Positions 45,567 through 54,901 of a stretch of 60,798 nucleotides of DNA are shown one piece after another (the first letter of the stretch is position 1; each line of letters opens with the position of its first letter). The notes under the pieces are model-generated. The model saw only the letters and a program-made list of their open reading frames with translations. It was not told the DNA's origin and did no database searches. The stretch is from assembly GCA_036758685.1 (NCBI GenBank), contig DAIOWC010000005.1:1-60798 (forward strand). The letters run 5' to 3'. Made by a program: the position numbers and the translations under genes. Source of the DNA: Streptosporangiaceae bacterium. Lineage in GTDB: Bacteria; Actinomycetota; Actinomycetes; Streptosporangiales; Streptosporangiaceae.

Positions 45567-46790
45567 ATGCATGATCACCGCAAGCTCGGCCGCGAGCTCG
45601 AGCTTTTCGACACCGATCCGCTGATGGGCGCCGGCCTGCCGTACCTGCTGCCGGCCGGCGCCGCCATCAGACACGAGCTGGAAGAGTACGTTCGCGACCT
45701 TGAGCGCAAGGCCGGCTACCAGCACGTGTACTCGCCGGTCCTCGGCAAGCGCGAGCTGTACGAGATCTCCGGCCACTGGTCGCACTATCGCGACGGCATG
45801 TACCCGCCGATGCTTGTCGGCGGCGAGCAGGTCGTCCTGCGGCCGAGCCTGTGCCCGCACCACGCGCTGATCTTCCGGTCCAGGGGCCGCAGCTACCGGG
45901 AGCTGCCGCTGCGGATGGCTGAGCTCGGCGGCATGTATCGCGCCGAGCTGTCCGGAGTCCTCGGCGGGCTGACCAGGGTGCGCTCGATCCAGCTCAACGA
46001 CGCCCACATCTTCTGCACCCTTGACCAGGTGGAGGCAGAGGTGGCCGGATCGCTCGCGATGATCCGCGAGGCTTACCGCGCGATGGGCATTGAGCCGGCC
46101 AGGTACCGGCTGTCGCTGGCCAGCCAGGGCGCCAAGTACGTCGGCGACCAGGACAGCTGGGACCGGGCCACCGAGATCCTGGTGAAGGCTCTCGCCGACG
46201 CGGGCCTGCCGTACGAGGCTGAGGAAGGCGAGGCGGCCTTCTACGGTCCCAAGATCGACGTGCAGATCGCCGACTTCAGCGAGCGCGAGGCCAGCCTGTC
46301 GACCATCCAGGTCGACTTCTACCAGCCGGAACGGTTTTCCCTGACCTACACCGGCCCCGATGGTGACAAGCATGCGCCGGTGATGGTCCACCGGAGCATC
46401 ATCGGCGGCCTGGAGCGGCTGCTGGCGCATCTGATCGAGGTGCATGGCGGCGCCTTCCCGCCCTGGCTGGCCCCGACCCAGCTAGCGATCCTGCCCGTGG
46501 CCGAGAGCCAGGCGACCCGGGCGGCCGGGCTTGAGCGCCGCGCGATCGCCGAGGGTCTCCGAGCCAGCGTGCTGGACGCTTCTGACGGCAGTCTCGGTGC
46601 CCGGATCCGCTCAGCGCGCCTCGTCCCCTACATCGCCGTGATCGGCGACCGGGAAGCGGAGGCAGGCAAGGTCTCCCTGCGCCTGCGCGACGGCCGCCAG
46701 CTACCCGCCATGGATGTCGGCGCGGCCCTGTCCGCAGTCCGCGCCAGGGTGGAGTCCCGCGGTCAGGACCTCTGGGCTAGCGGGCGCTAA
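45567..46790 (+). CDS. Threonyl-tRNA synthetase paralogue lacking the N-terminal TGS and editing domains
   Basis: ATG at 45567 with SD gagaggaag 7 nt upstream. The product starts MHDHRKLGRELELF, exactly where the class II catalytic core begins in full-length ThrRS. Zn ligands are retained (LCPHH, NDAHIF, VMVHRS), as are motif 2 (YRAE), FYGPKID and the anticodon-binding domain (FPPWLAPTQLAILPV). Confidence 0.85.
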   Translation: MHDHRKLGRELELFDTDPLMGAGLPYLLPAGAAIRHELEEYVRDLERKAGYQHVYSPVLGKRELYEISGHWSHYRDGMYPPMLVGGEQVVLRPSLCPHHALIFRSRGRSYRELPLRMAELGGMYRAELSGVLGGLTRVRSIQLNDAHIFCTLDQVEAEVAGSLAMIREAYRAMGIEPARYRLSLASQGAKYVGDQDSWDRATEILVKALADAGLPYEAEEGEAAFYGPKIDVQIADFSEREASLSTIQVDFYQPERFSLTYTGPDGDKHAPVMVHRSIIGGLERLLAHLIEVHGGAFPPWLAPTQLAILPVAESQATRAAGLERRAIAEGLRASVLDASDGSLGARIRSARLVPYIAVIGDREAEAGKVSLRLRDGRQLPAMDVGAALSAVRARVESRGQDLWASGR

Positions 46791-48160
46791 CTGGCGATTT
46801 CCTCGGTGCGCCGAGCCCAGTACTTCTGACCGACTTCGGGGAGGAGGTGGATCGGGTCGTAGTACTCGTACTCGCGCTCCAGCGCGAACGCGTCGTCTTG
46901 CTCGACCCCGGTCCGGTAGTTCTTGGTCCAGTACGAGATCCCGAGCTCCTGGTCGTACCTGGCGACCTGGTGCACCCAGCGCTTGCCGACGTACGGCACG
47001 TCGCAGATGAACCGCGGGGTGGCGAAGCCGGGGAGGTAGCCCATGATGTCGTGCTGGAGCTGCTGGGCCTCGCCCAGTGTGAGCCGCCAGTGCTCGGCGT
47101 TGGGGATCATGTCGCACATGTAGAAGTAGTACGGCATGATCTTGGCGTCATCGAGGAGCGCGAAGCAGAGGTCGAGGATCTGCTCGGTCTTGTCGTTGGT
47201 GCCGCGCAGCAGCACGCCCTGATTGCGGACGTCCCGGATGCCGGTCTCCAGCATGGCCTTGGCGGCGCTGGCCACCAGCGGCGTCACCGACTGGGCCGAG
47301 TTCACGTGCGTGTGGATCGCGATGCTGACATCGCGCTGCCGGGCCGTAGTGGCGAGCCGCTCCATGCCGGCGCGGACCTCGTCGCTGAGCCAGTACTGCG
47401 GCAAGCCCATCAGGGCCTTGGTCGCCAGCCGGATGTCGCGGATATTCGGGATATCGAGCAGCCCGGCCACGAACGCCTCGAGCCGCGGCCAGGGCAGGTT
47501 GGCCACGTCACCGCCGGAGACTACGACGTCGCGGACGCCCGGGCTGTTGCGCAGGTAGTCCATCATCGCGCCGAGCCGGTCGTCCCTGGTGAGGCCGAAT
47601 TTGGCCTTCTCGATCACCGGGGTCGGGTTGCCGACCAGGTCCATCCGCGTGCAGTGGCCGCAGTACTGCGGGCACGTCGGCAGCAGCTCGGCCAGCACCT
47701 TGGTCGGGTAGCGGTGGGTCAGGCCCTCCACGGCCCACATCTCGGCCTCGTGCAGCGAGTCCCTCGAAGACTCGGGATGCGAGGGCCAGTCCGCTTGCCG
47801 GTCGCTGAAGACCGGGATCATGTACCGGCGTACCGGGTCGGCGTAGAACGCCTCGGTGAAGCCGGGATCCGACGGCGCCAGGTGCGGCACGATCGTGTTG
47901 ATCATCTGGGGCGGCACGAGCATGGACATCGTGGCGCGCTCGGCCTGGTCCCGCTCCAGGTCCGCGTAGAACCTCTCGTCCAGGCCGTCGCCGACTACCT
48001 GGCGCAGCTGGCGGATGTTCTTGATGCAGTGCGAGCGCTGCCACTGCGCCGAGGCCCAGTCGCTTGCGGTCACCCCGGCCCAGCCAGGCAGGCGCTGCCA
48101 GTCAGGCTCAACCAGCTCCCGGTGCCGGTAGACGTACGGCTGGTCGATCATGAACTGCAC
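46787..48160 (-). CDS. kamA: Lysine 2,3-aminomutase (radical SAM, PLP)
   Basis: 457 aa with radical-SAM cluster CPQYCGHC and KamA-family patterns throughout. Its stop overlaps the ThrRS-like stop. Confidence 0.9.
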   Translation of the reverse strand: MQFMIDQPYVYRHRELVEPDWQRLPGWAGVTASDWASAQWQRSHCIKNIRQLRQVVGDGLDERFYADLERDQAERATMSMLVPPQMINTIVPHLAPSDPGFTEAFYADPVRRYMIPVFSDRQADWPSHPESSRDSLHEAEMWAVEGLTHRYPTKVLAELLPTCPQYCGHCTRMDLVGNPTPVIEKAKFGLTRDDRLGAMMDYLRNSPGVRDVVVSGGDVANLPWPRLEAFVAGLLDIPNIRDIRLATKALMGLPQYWLSDEVRAGMERLATTARQRDVSIAIHTHVNSAQSVTPLVASAAKAMLETGIRDVRNQGVLLRGTNDKTEQILDLCFALLDDAKIMPYYFYMCDMIPNAEHWRLTLGEAQQLQHDIMGYLPGFATPRFICDVPYVGKRWVHQVARYDQELGISYWTKNYRTGVEQDDAFALEREYEYYDPIHLLPEVGQKYWARRTEEIAS

Positions 48161-48385
48161 CTGCCCCGCATCGTATGGATCGCGTCAGCGATCATCAGGA
48201 TGTTAGCTTGCCGAATGGGCAGGCTACGCAAGAAGATACTGTCTGTATAGTTCTAGACAACAAATTCTACCGAATCTTCTGCTGCGCGGATAGCCTTGAC
48301 GGCCTGTCTTGCTAACACTGTCCATACGCGCCCCTCATACGCCGCGCCTACGCCCTGTGCGGGCGCCCGCTGGAAGGACCGCTCC

Positions 48386-49468
48386 GTGTCATCTCCGCAG
48401 CTAGACCCCCAGGTCAGCTCCCCGCTCGGGCTTCACCGGGTGCTGGAACCGGACGGCGTGCTGCCGCAGGCCGCATGGCGGCTCGATGCCCGGCCCGAGA
48501 TCTGGCCCGACGAGGTCAGGATCCGGGTCCAGCGGCTGAACCTCGACGCCGCGTCCTTCCGGCAGCTCTCCGAGGCCACCGGCGGCGACCCGGACAAGAT
48601 CAGGCAGTCGGTGCTGGAAATCATCGCAGACCGGGGCAAGATGCAGAATCCGGTGACCGGCTCAGGCGGCATGCTCACGGGCGTGGTCGAGGAGGCGGGC
48701 CCGCGGTCGCCGCTCGGGCTGAAGGCCGGGGACAAGATCGCGACGCTGGTCTCGCTCAGCCTGACGCCGCTAGTCGTCACCGATGGCCTGGCCAGCTGGG
48801 ACGGCAAGTCCGAGCAGGTGCCCTGCCAGGGTCACGCGATCTTGTTCGGCCGCTCCATCGCCGCGAGGCTGCCCGACGACCTGCAGGCCGAACTCGCGCT
48901 GGCGGTCATGGACGTGTGCGGGGCGCCGGCATTGACCCATCGCGTGGTGACCGAGCGCAAGGCCGGGGTGGTCGCGATCATCGGCGCGGCCGGGAAGAGT
49001 GGTTCGCTCTCGGCCGCCGCGGCCCGGCGGGCCGGGGCCAGCCACGTCATCGGCGTCGTTCCCGTAGAAAGGGAAGCCGAGATCCTGCGCGACGCTCCTG
49101 CCGGAGACGGCGAGCACGGCCTGGTCGACGAGATCGTGATCGCGGACGCGCGCGATCCGGTGGGTGTCTCGTCGGCGATCGCGTCGGCCGGCGGGCCGGC
49201 CGATGTCACCGTCGTGTGCGTCGATGTTCCTGGCTGCGAGGGCGGTGCGATCCTGGCCACGGCGCAGGGCGGCACGGTCATCTTCTTCTCGATGGCCACC
49301 TCGTTCACTGCCGCGGCGCTGGGCGCTGAGGGCGTGGCCGCCGATGTCACGATGCTGGTCGGCAACGGGTATGTTCCAGGGCACGCGCAGCTGGCCATCG
49401 ACCTGCTCCGGGGCGAGCCCGGTGTCCGGGGCATCTTCCAGCGGCGCATTGACGAGCATGCGGAGTAA
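48386..49468 (+). CDS. kdd: L-erythro-3,5-diaminohexanoate dehydrogenase-like
   Basis: GTG at 48386 with SD ggaagga 7 nt upstream. The N-terminus ...GLHRVLEPDGVLPQAAWRLD...RVQRLNLDAASFRQL matches my recollection of Kdd. A Rossmann motif IIGAAGKSG is present. Positioned upstream of kamDE. Confidence 0.75.
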   Translation: MSSPQLDPQVSSPLGLHRVLEPDGVLPQAAWRLDARPEIWPDEVRIRVQRLNLDAASFRQLSEATGGDPDKIRQSVLEIIADRGKMQNPVTGSGGMLTGVVEEAGPRSPLGLKAGDKIATLVSLSLTPLVVTDGLASWDGKSEQVPCQGHAILFGRSIAARLPDDLQAELALAVMDVCGAPALTHRVVTERKAGVVAIIGAAGKSGSLSAAAARRAGASHVIGVVPVEREAEILRDAPAGDGEHGLVDEIVIADARDPVGVSSAIASAGGPADVTVVCVDVPGCEGGAILATAQGGTVIFFSMATSFTAAALGAEGVAADVTMLVGNGYVPGHAQLAIDLLRGEPGVRGIFQRRIDEHAE

Positions 49469-49473
49469 GTGAA

Positions 49474-51048
49474 ATGCAGACCCGACTCAACCTCGACCCG
49501 GCCGTCGTCCGGGAGGCGCGCGAGCTGGCGGCCCGCGCTGGCCAGCCGATCGTCGAGATGGCCAGGACCCATACCACGGTTTCGGTGGAACGAGCAGTGC
49601 TGCGGCTGGCCGGCCTCCAGGGCGCCGATCCCGACGGGATGCCCTGGGTCAACCGCCTGGTCGATGCCGTCAGGGAGAGCACCGGGCTCGAGCACGGGGT
49701 GGCCCTGCCGGCCTGGGACGCGCTGCTCACCGGTGGTCATGGTGACCTCGGGACCCTCGCCGAGGCCGCTGCTCAGGGCAAGGTGAAGTTCCGCCTCCCG
49801 GCCGGTGATGACGCGGCCGGTGCCCGCGCCGCGGCCGGCGCCGCGCTCGGCCGGGGCATTGCCAGGATCGACGCCAATCGCGCTCAGCGCCAGCAGATGA
49901 TCGAGGAGACCTCCGAGCCGCGCAAGCCGTGGATCTACCTGATCGTGGCGACCGGCGACATCTACGAGGACATCCCGCAGGCCCAGGCCGCCGCCCGCGA
50001 GGGCGCGGACATCATCGCGGTGATCCGCTCGACCGGGCAGTCGCTGCTCGACTACGTCCCCGAGGGCGCCACCCGCGAGGGCTTCGCCGGTACCTACGCC
50101 ACCCAGGAGAACTTCCGGCTGATGCGCGCGGCGCTCGACGAGACCTCCCGGGAGCTCGGCCGGTACGTGCGGCTCACGAACTACGCCTCGGGCCTGTGCA
50201 TGCCGGAGATCGCGTCGCTGGCCGGCCTGGAGCGGCTGGACATGATGCTGAACGACTGCATGTACGGCATCATCTTCCGCGACATCAACCCGCGCCGGAC
50301 GTTCATCGACCAGCGCTTCTCCCGGCAGATCCACGCCCGCGCCGGGATCATCATCAACACCGGCGAGGACAACTACCTCACCACCGCCGACGCCGTGGAT
50401 GCCGCGCACACGGTGGTGGTCAGCCAGCTGATGAACGAGTTCTTCGGCAAGGAGGCGGGCCTGGCCGACAGTCAGCTCGGCCTCGGCCACGCGTTCGAGA
50501 TCAACCCGGCGCTGCCGGACTCGTTCCTGCTTGAGCTCGCGCACGCCCAGCTCGTCCGCGAGCTGTTCCCGGACGCGCCGCTCAAGTACATGCCGCCGAC
50601 CAAGCACATGACCGGGAACGTGTTCGCGGGCTACCTGCTGGACGCGTTCTTCAACTTGTGCGGCGTCATGACCGACCAGTCGATTCTGCTGATCGGGATG
50701 ATGACCGAGGGCATCCACACCCCGTTCCTGTCCGATCGTGATCTGGCGCTGGAAAACGTCAGGTACGTGCGGGACGCGGCCGGGCGCCTGGGGGAGAGCT
50801 TCGTGCCCGCCCCTGGCGGCTTCATCGAGCAGCGCGCCAGGCAGGTGCTCGGGGAGTCGATCGAACTGCTGCGCCGGATCAACGACGAGAGCCTCCTGGG
50901 TGCCATCGCGGACGGGACGTTCGGCATCACCAGGCGGCCGGCCGACGGCGGCCGCGGCCTGGACGGGGTCATCGCCCGCGCCGACGGCTACTTCAACCCG
51001 GCGTCGGACATCCTGGAGGGCGCAAGCCAGATCGGAGGAGCGCAGTGA
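49474..51048 (+). CDS. kamD: Lysine 5,6-aminomutase alpha subunit
   Basis: 524 aa, a TIM-barrel subunit of the typical size. It is translationally coupled to the B12-binding subunit gene. Confidence 0.85.
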   Translation: MQTRLNLDPAVVREARELAARAGQPIVEMARTHTTVSVERAVLRLAGLQGADPDGMPWVNRLVDAVRESTGLEHGVALPAWDALLTGGHGDLGTLAEAAAQGKVKFRLPAGDDAAGARAAAGAALGRGIARIDANRAQRQQMIEETSEPRKPWIYLIVATGDIYEDIPQAQAAAREGADIIAVIRSTGQSLLDYVPEGATREGFAGTYATQENFRLMRAALDETSRELGRYVRLTNYASGLCMPEIASLAGLERLDMMLNDCMYGIIFRDINPRRTFIDQRFSRQIHARAGIIINTGEDNYLTTADAVDAAHTVVVSQLMNEFFGKEAGLADSQLGLGHAFEINPALPDSFLLELAHAQLVRELFPDAPLKYMPPTKHMTGNVFAGYLLDAFFNLCGVMTDQSILLIGMMTEGIHTPFLSDRDLALENVRYVRDAAGRLGESFVPAPGGFIEQRARQVLGESIELLRRINDESLLGAIADGTFGITRRPADGGRGLDGVIARADGYFNPASDILEGASQIGGAQ

Positions 51049-51863
51049 CCGGCAGCATCGTCCGGCCGTACGGCGACACCACGGGTGACGGCCGGGTCCA
51101 GGTCTCGTTCACGCTTCCGGTGCCGTTCGGGACCGCGACCGAGAGGGCGCGCGCCGAGGGCGCGGCCATGCAGCTCGCCACCAAGATGGGCCTTGACCCG
51201 GCGATGGTCGTGCACGCCAAGGGCATGGGACCCGACTACACGTTCTTCGTCGTCTACGGGCGGGCAACCCACCTGGTGGACCTGTCCGAGGTAACCGTGA
51301 CCGAGCGGGAGTTCCCCTTGCTGTCGCCGGCCGAGGTGAACCTGCGGATCCGCACCGGCCTCGGCCGCAAGCTGGTCGTCGTGGGCGCGTGCATCGGCAC
51401 GGACGCGCACACGGTCGGCATCGACGCGATCCTGAACGTCAAGGGCCACTCGGGCGAGAAGGGCCTGGAGTACTACCGGGAGATCCGGGTGGTGAACCTG
51501 GGCTCGCAGGTCGCGGTGCCCGATCTGGTCGCCCGGGCCCGGGCGGAGGGCGCCGACGCGGTGCTGGTCAGCCAGGTGGTCACCCAGCGGGACGCGCACA
51601 TCACGAACGCGCAGGAGATGTCGGGCGCCTTCGATGCGGCGGCAGGCGAGCCGGGCGCGCCTGGCCGGCCGCTGCTGGTGGTCGGCGGCCCGCGGTTCGA
51701 CCCGTCGATGGCCGCCGATCTCGGCGTCGACAAGATCTTCGGCAAGGCCACGACTCCCGGCGAGGTGGCGAGCTACCTGGCGTACGCGCTCGCGCCCACT
51801 GGCGACGACGGAGCCTCGGCCGACGAGGAGTCTGCCCCGATGGCCGAGGGAGCAGCGGCATGA
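51045..51863 (+). CDS. kamE: Lysine 5,6-aminomutase beta subunit (B12-binding)
   Basis: 272 aa with the DxHxxG cobalamin motif GTDAHTVGID and NVKG (PLP Lys context). GTGA overlap with kamD; SD ggaggag. Confidence 0.85.
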   Translation: MTGSIVRPYGDTTGDGRVQVSFTLPVPFGTATERARAEGAAMQLATKMGLDPAMVVHAKGMGPDYTFFVVYGRATHLVDLSEVTVTEREFPLLSPAEVNLRIRTGLGRKLVVVGACIGTDAHTVGIDAILNVKGHSGEKGLEYYREIRVVNLGSQVAVPDLVARARAEGADAVLVSQVVTQRDAHITNAQEMSGAFDAAAGEPGAPGRPLLVVGGPRFDPSMAADLGVDKIFGKATTPGEVASYLAYALAPTGDDGASADEESAPMAEGAAA

Positions 51864-52258
51864 GCCAGGATGCACGGCTCGGGCTGACCGTCACCCACCG
51901 CCGGTACGTGCCCTACAGCCACGCGCATTACGGCGGGAGTCTGGTCGACGGCGCGTACATGCTCGGCCTCTTTGGCGACGTCGCGACCGAGGCGTGCATC
52001 CGCACCGACGGTGATGAGGGCCTGTTCGCGTCGTACTCCGACGTGCAGTTCCGCGCTCCGGTAATCGCCGGTGACGTGCTCGAGATCAGCTGCACGATCA
52101 CGCGCGTCGGCACCCGGAGCAGGCAGCTGGAGTTCGAGGCGAGGGTCGTGTGCCGGGCGCAGCCCGAGCGGGGCCCGTCCGCGGCAGCGGTGCTGGACGA
52201 GCCGATCGTGGCGGTGTCCGCCACCGGCACCGTCGTGGTGCCGCCCGCGCTGGGCTAG
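51860..52258 (+). CDS. kal: Hotdog-fold protein, probable 3-aminobutyryl-CoA ammonia-lyase
   Basis: 132 aa. ATG at 51860 overlaps the kamE stop (ATGA). Size, fold pattern and position fit Kal of the lysine fermentation pathway. The assignment rests on context plus size. Confidence 0.55.
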   Translation: MSQDARLGLTVTHRRYVPYSHAHYGGSLVDGAYMLGLFGDVATEACIRTDGDEGLFASYSDVQFRAPVIAGDVLEISCTITRVGTRSRQLEFEARVVCRAQPERGPSAAAVLDEPIVAVSATGTVVVPPALG

Positions 52259-52273
52259 CCGCGGCCGGCGCCG

Positions 52274-53125
52274 CTAGGGCTGCTGGAAGTCCGGGGTAGT
52301 CCAGATGTGCTCGCGCAGGTAGAGCTTCACCTTCGCGATGTACTGCTGAGCGGGTGTGGTGTGCCACCGGCCGGCGAACCATCGCCCGACGCAGCCCCAC
52401 TGATCGCCGCCGCGGTACGTGCCGACGTGTGTGACCGTGTTGAGCCAGGTCTCGTAGCCGTCGTAGCAGGATCGCCAGATCGCGTAGGCGACGTCCGCGT
52501 TCATCGCCGTCGAGCGTTCGATCCCCGGCCAGCTCGAGGTCTCGTACGGGTAGCGGTTCTGCAGGATTCCCCAGCTCTGGGGGCAGAGGCCAGGCTTGCC
52601 GTCAACGCCGGGACCGTGGCCGGGCGGGCATCCGCTCGTCTCCCAGTCACCCTTGGTGGTCTGCCGCCACCAGCTCTCCACCGCCGCCTGGGCGAAAACG
52701 ACGTTCTGGTTGATGCCCCACTTGCAGGCGGCCCAGCGGAGTATCTCCGCCGTGGTCCCGGTGAAGTCGCCGTTGACCCTCGGGACCAGCTTCTTGTCGG
52801 CCTGTGGCTTGTCCCCGGCCAGGAAGTTGGCCGCGAGGCGCGCGCCGGTCCTCCGGTTGAAGGGCTTGTTCACGCCCTTGTCTTCCTTGATCGGCCGCGC
52901 CCGGACCCAGCGTGCGCACTGGGCGCCCGACGGCAGCTTGGCGCCGGGCGGCAGGGTGCGGAAAAACGTCGGCGCGGCGGCCGCGCGGGCCGCCTGGGTC
53001 GGCGCTGCGGAAGCGGCCGTCGCGGCGGCGATGCCGGCGCCGGCCAGCGAGACAGCGATGCAGAGGCCCGCGGCCATCGCGGCCAGGGCGCGCCGGGTGG
53101 GCCTCCGATGGCGGCGTGTCCGCAT
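52274..53125 (-). CDS. Secreted lytic-transglycosylase-like protein
   Basis: 283 aa with an Arg-rich signal peptide (MRTRRHRRPTRRAL...AAATAASA) and an SLT-like catalytic context AQAAVESWW. Confidence 0.6.
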   Translation of the reverse strand: MRTRRHRRPTRRALAAMAAGLCIAVSLAGAGIAAATAASAAPTQAARAAAAPTFFRTLPPGAKLPSGAQCARWVRARPIKEDKGVNKPFNRRTGARLAANFLAGDKPQADKKLVPRVNGDFTGTTAEILRWAACKWGINQNVVFAQAAVESWWRQTTKGDWETSGCPPGHGPGVDGKPGLCPQSWGILQNRYPYETSSWPGIERSTAMNADVAYAIWRSCYDGYETWLNTVTHVGTYRGGDQWGCVGRWFAGRWHTTPAQQYIAKVKLYLREHIWTTPDFQQP

Positions 53126-53146
53126 TAGTCCTCTTCCTTGCGCTGG

Positions 53147-53956
53147 CTAGTTGGCGAAGTCCTGCGTCATCCACACGGTGCCGTCGGCCGACCGGTACAC
53201 GGCGATGCCGATGTGCGTGAACGTCGAGCTGAGGATGTTCAGCCGGTGACCGTCATCGGGCGGCTTCTCGTTGAGCATGTCCTGAGTGAGCGCGTCTGCC
53301 ATCTGGGTAATGGCAGCGGCGGTCGTAGCGACCGGGCCGCCCTCGCCGATGTTCTCGCCCGCGGCGGTCCAGCTGACGCCGGCCGCGGTCTCGCGCGCTC
53401 CGAGGGCGGGCTCACCCGGGCACTGGTGGGACAGACCGCAGCCGGCCGCCATCAGCTGGTTGTGCCGGGCCGAGCTGACCTGCAGGCCGCTGAGAATCGT
53501 GTACGCCGGCAGTCCGGCCTGCGCCCGCGCCTGGTTGATCAGTGCCAGGACGCTGCTGGCCGCGGCCGAATCGGAGCCGCCCGGCGACGGCGACGAAGAC
53601 GGCGACGGCGACGGCGACGTGGCGGCCGGTGACGTGGGCGAGCCCGCGGGCGGTGTCGCCGACGGACTGGCGGGCGACGTCGCCGGGGAGGACGACTCCG
53701 GTGCGGGCCGCCTGGACGCCGCCGGAACCGGGCGGGGCCGTGGGTCCGGCCGCGCGGACCCAGAGCCATGGGGTGTCCCGGTGGCCGGCCTGCGGTCGGC
53801 TGCGTCCGTCCTCAGCGAGCCAGGTCCCGCCGTATTAGCCAGCAGAACGCGGCCGGCGACAATGGCCAGGACCGCAACGCAGGCGGCCAGCGCCAGCCAG
53901 GCGCGCCATGACACCGCTCGCGTCTGACGCGCCCGGTGGCTTGGCACGCGCATCAC
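53147..53956 (-). CDS. Membrane-anchored/secreted CAP (SCP/PR-1-like) domain protein with a Ser/Pro-rich linker
   Basis: 269 aa with an N-terminal TM helix, a P/S/A-rich linker and a C-terminal CAP pattern (LINQARAQAGLPAY...HRLNILSSTFTHIGIAV). Confidence 0.75.
   Translation of the reverse strand: MMRVPSHRARQTRAVSWRAWLALAACVAVLAIVAGRVLLANTAGPGSLRTDAADRRPATGTPHGSGSARPDPRPRPVPAASRRPAPESSSPATSPASPSATPPAGSPTSPAATSPSPSPSSSPSPGGSDSAAASSVLALINQARAQAGLPAYTILSGLQVSSARHNQLMAAGCGLSHQCPGEPALGARETAAGVSWTAAGENIGEGGPVATTAAAITQMADALTQDMLNEKPPDDGHRLNILSSTFTHIGIAVYRSADGTVWMTQDFAN
53583..53618. repeat. Hexanucleotide tandem repeat (ggcgac)n inside the CAP-protein linker
   Basis: ggcgac ggcgac gaagac ggcgac ggcgac ggcgac encodes SPSPSPSSSPSP on the minus strand. 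Confidence 0.7.
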
Positions 53957-54056
53957 TCTAGTGAGGGCCTCGGTACGGTTGCTGGCGAATCATCACGATC
54001 GCCGCGGCGCCGGCCTCGGGTTCACATTGCCGAAGGCCGCGGGCTAGCTTTGCTCT

Positions 54057-54890
54057 ATGCGCTTCGCCATTAAAACCGCACCGCAGAACACGACCTGGGA
54101 CGCCATGCTGGAGGTGTTCCGGGCGGCCGACGACATCGAGCTCTTCGAGTCGGGCTGGACGTTCGACCACTTCTACCCGATCTTCAGTGACTCGACGGGG
54201 CCCTGCATGGAGGGCTGGATCACGCTGACCGCGCTGGCCCAGGCCACCCGGAGGCTCCGCCTGGGCACCCTGGTCACGGGCATTCACTACCGGCATCCGG
54301 CGGTGCTCGCGAACATGGCGGCCACGCTGGACATCGTGTCCGGCGGCCGCCTTGAGATCGGCATCGGCGCCGGCTGGAACGAGGAAGAGTCGGGTGCCTA
54401 CGGCATTCCGCTCGGGTCCCCCAAGGAGCGTAGCGACCGGTTCGAGGAGGCCTGCGAGGTCATCGTCGGGCTGCTGACACAGGAGACAACGACATTCAAG
54501 GGCGCCTACTACGAGCTGACGGAGGCCCGGTGCGAGCCCAAGGCGGTGCAGCGGCCGCACCCGCCCATCTGCATCGGCGGCAGCGGGGAGAAGCGGACGC
54601 TGCGTACGGCGGCGCGGTTCGCCCAGCACTGGAACTTCGTCGGCGGCACGCCCGAGCAGTTCACCAGGGCGGTTGACGTCCTGCACCAGCACTGCGCCGA
54701 CATCGGCCGCGACCCGGCGGAAATCCTCCTCTCCACGCACGTCCGGTACAGCGGCGACGCGGCCGCGACCGCGGCCTCGGCGGCCGAGCTCAGCGAGGTC
54801 GGCGCGCAGCTGGCCATCGTGACCATGAGCCCGCCGCACTCCGCCGCGGACGTGGACGCGCTCGCGGCCGCGCTGTCCGAGCTGGCCTGA
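54057..54890 (+). CDS. LLM-class F420-dependent oxidoreductase
   Basis: 277 aa. MRFAIKTAPQNTTWDAMLEVFRAADDIELFESGWTFDHF is typical of the luciferase-like monooxygenase F420 subgroup. Confidence 0.85.
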   Translation: MRFAIKTAPQNTTWDAMLEVFRAADDIELFESGWTFDHFYPIFSDSTGPCMEGWITLTALAQATRRLRLGTLVTGIHYRHPAVLANMAATLDIVSGGRLEIGIGAGWNEEESGAYGIPLGSPKERSDRFEEACEVIVGLLTQETTTFKGAYYELTEARCEPKAVQRPHPPICIGGSGEKRTLRTAARFAQHWNFVGGTPEQFTRAVDVLHQHCADIGRDPAEILLSTHVRYSGDAAATAASAAELSEVGAQLAIVTMSPPHSAADVDALAAALSELA

Positions 54891-54901
54891 ACCCGCTGGA
54901 G

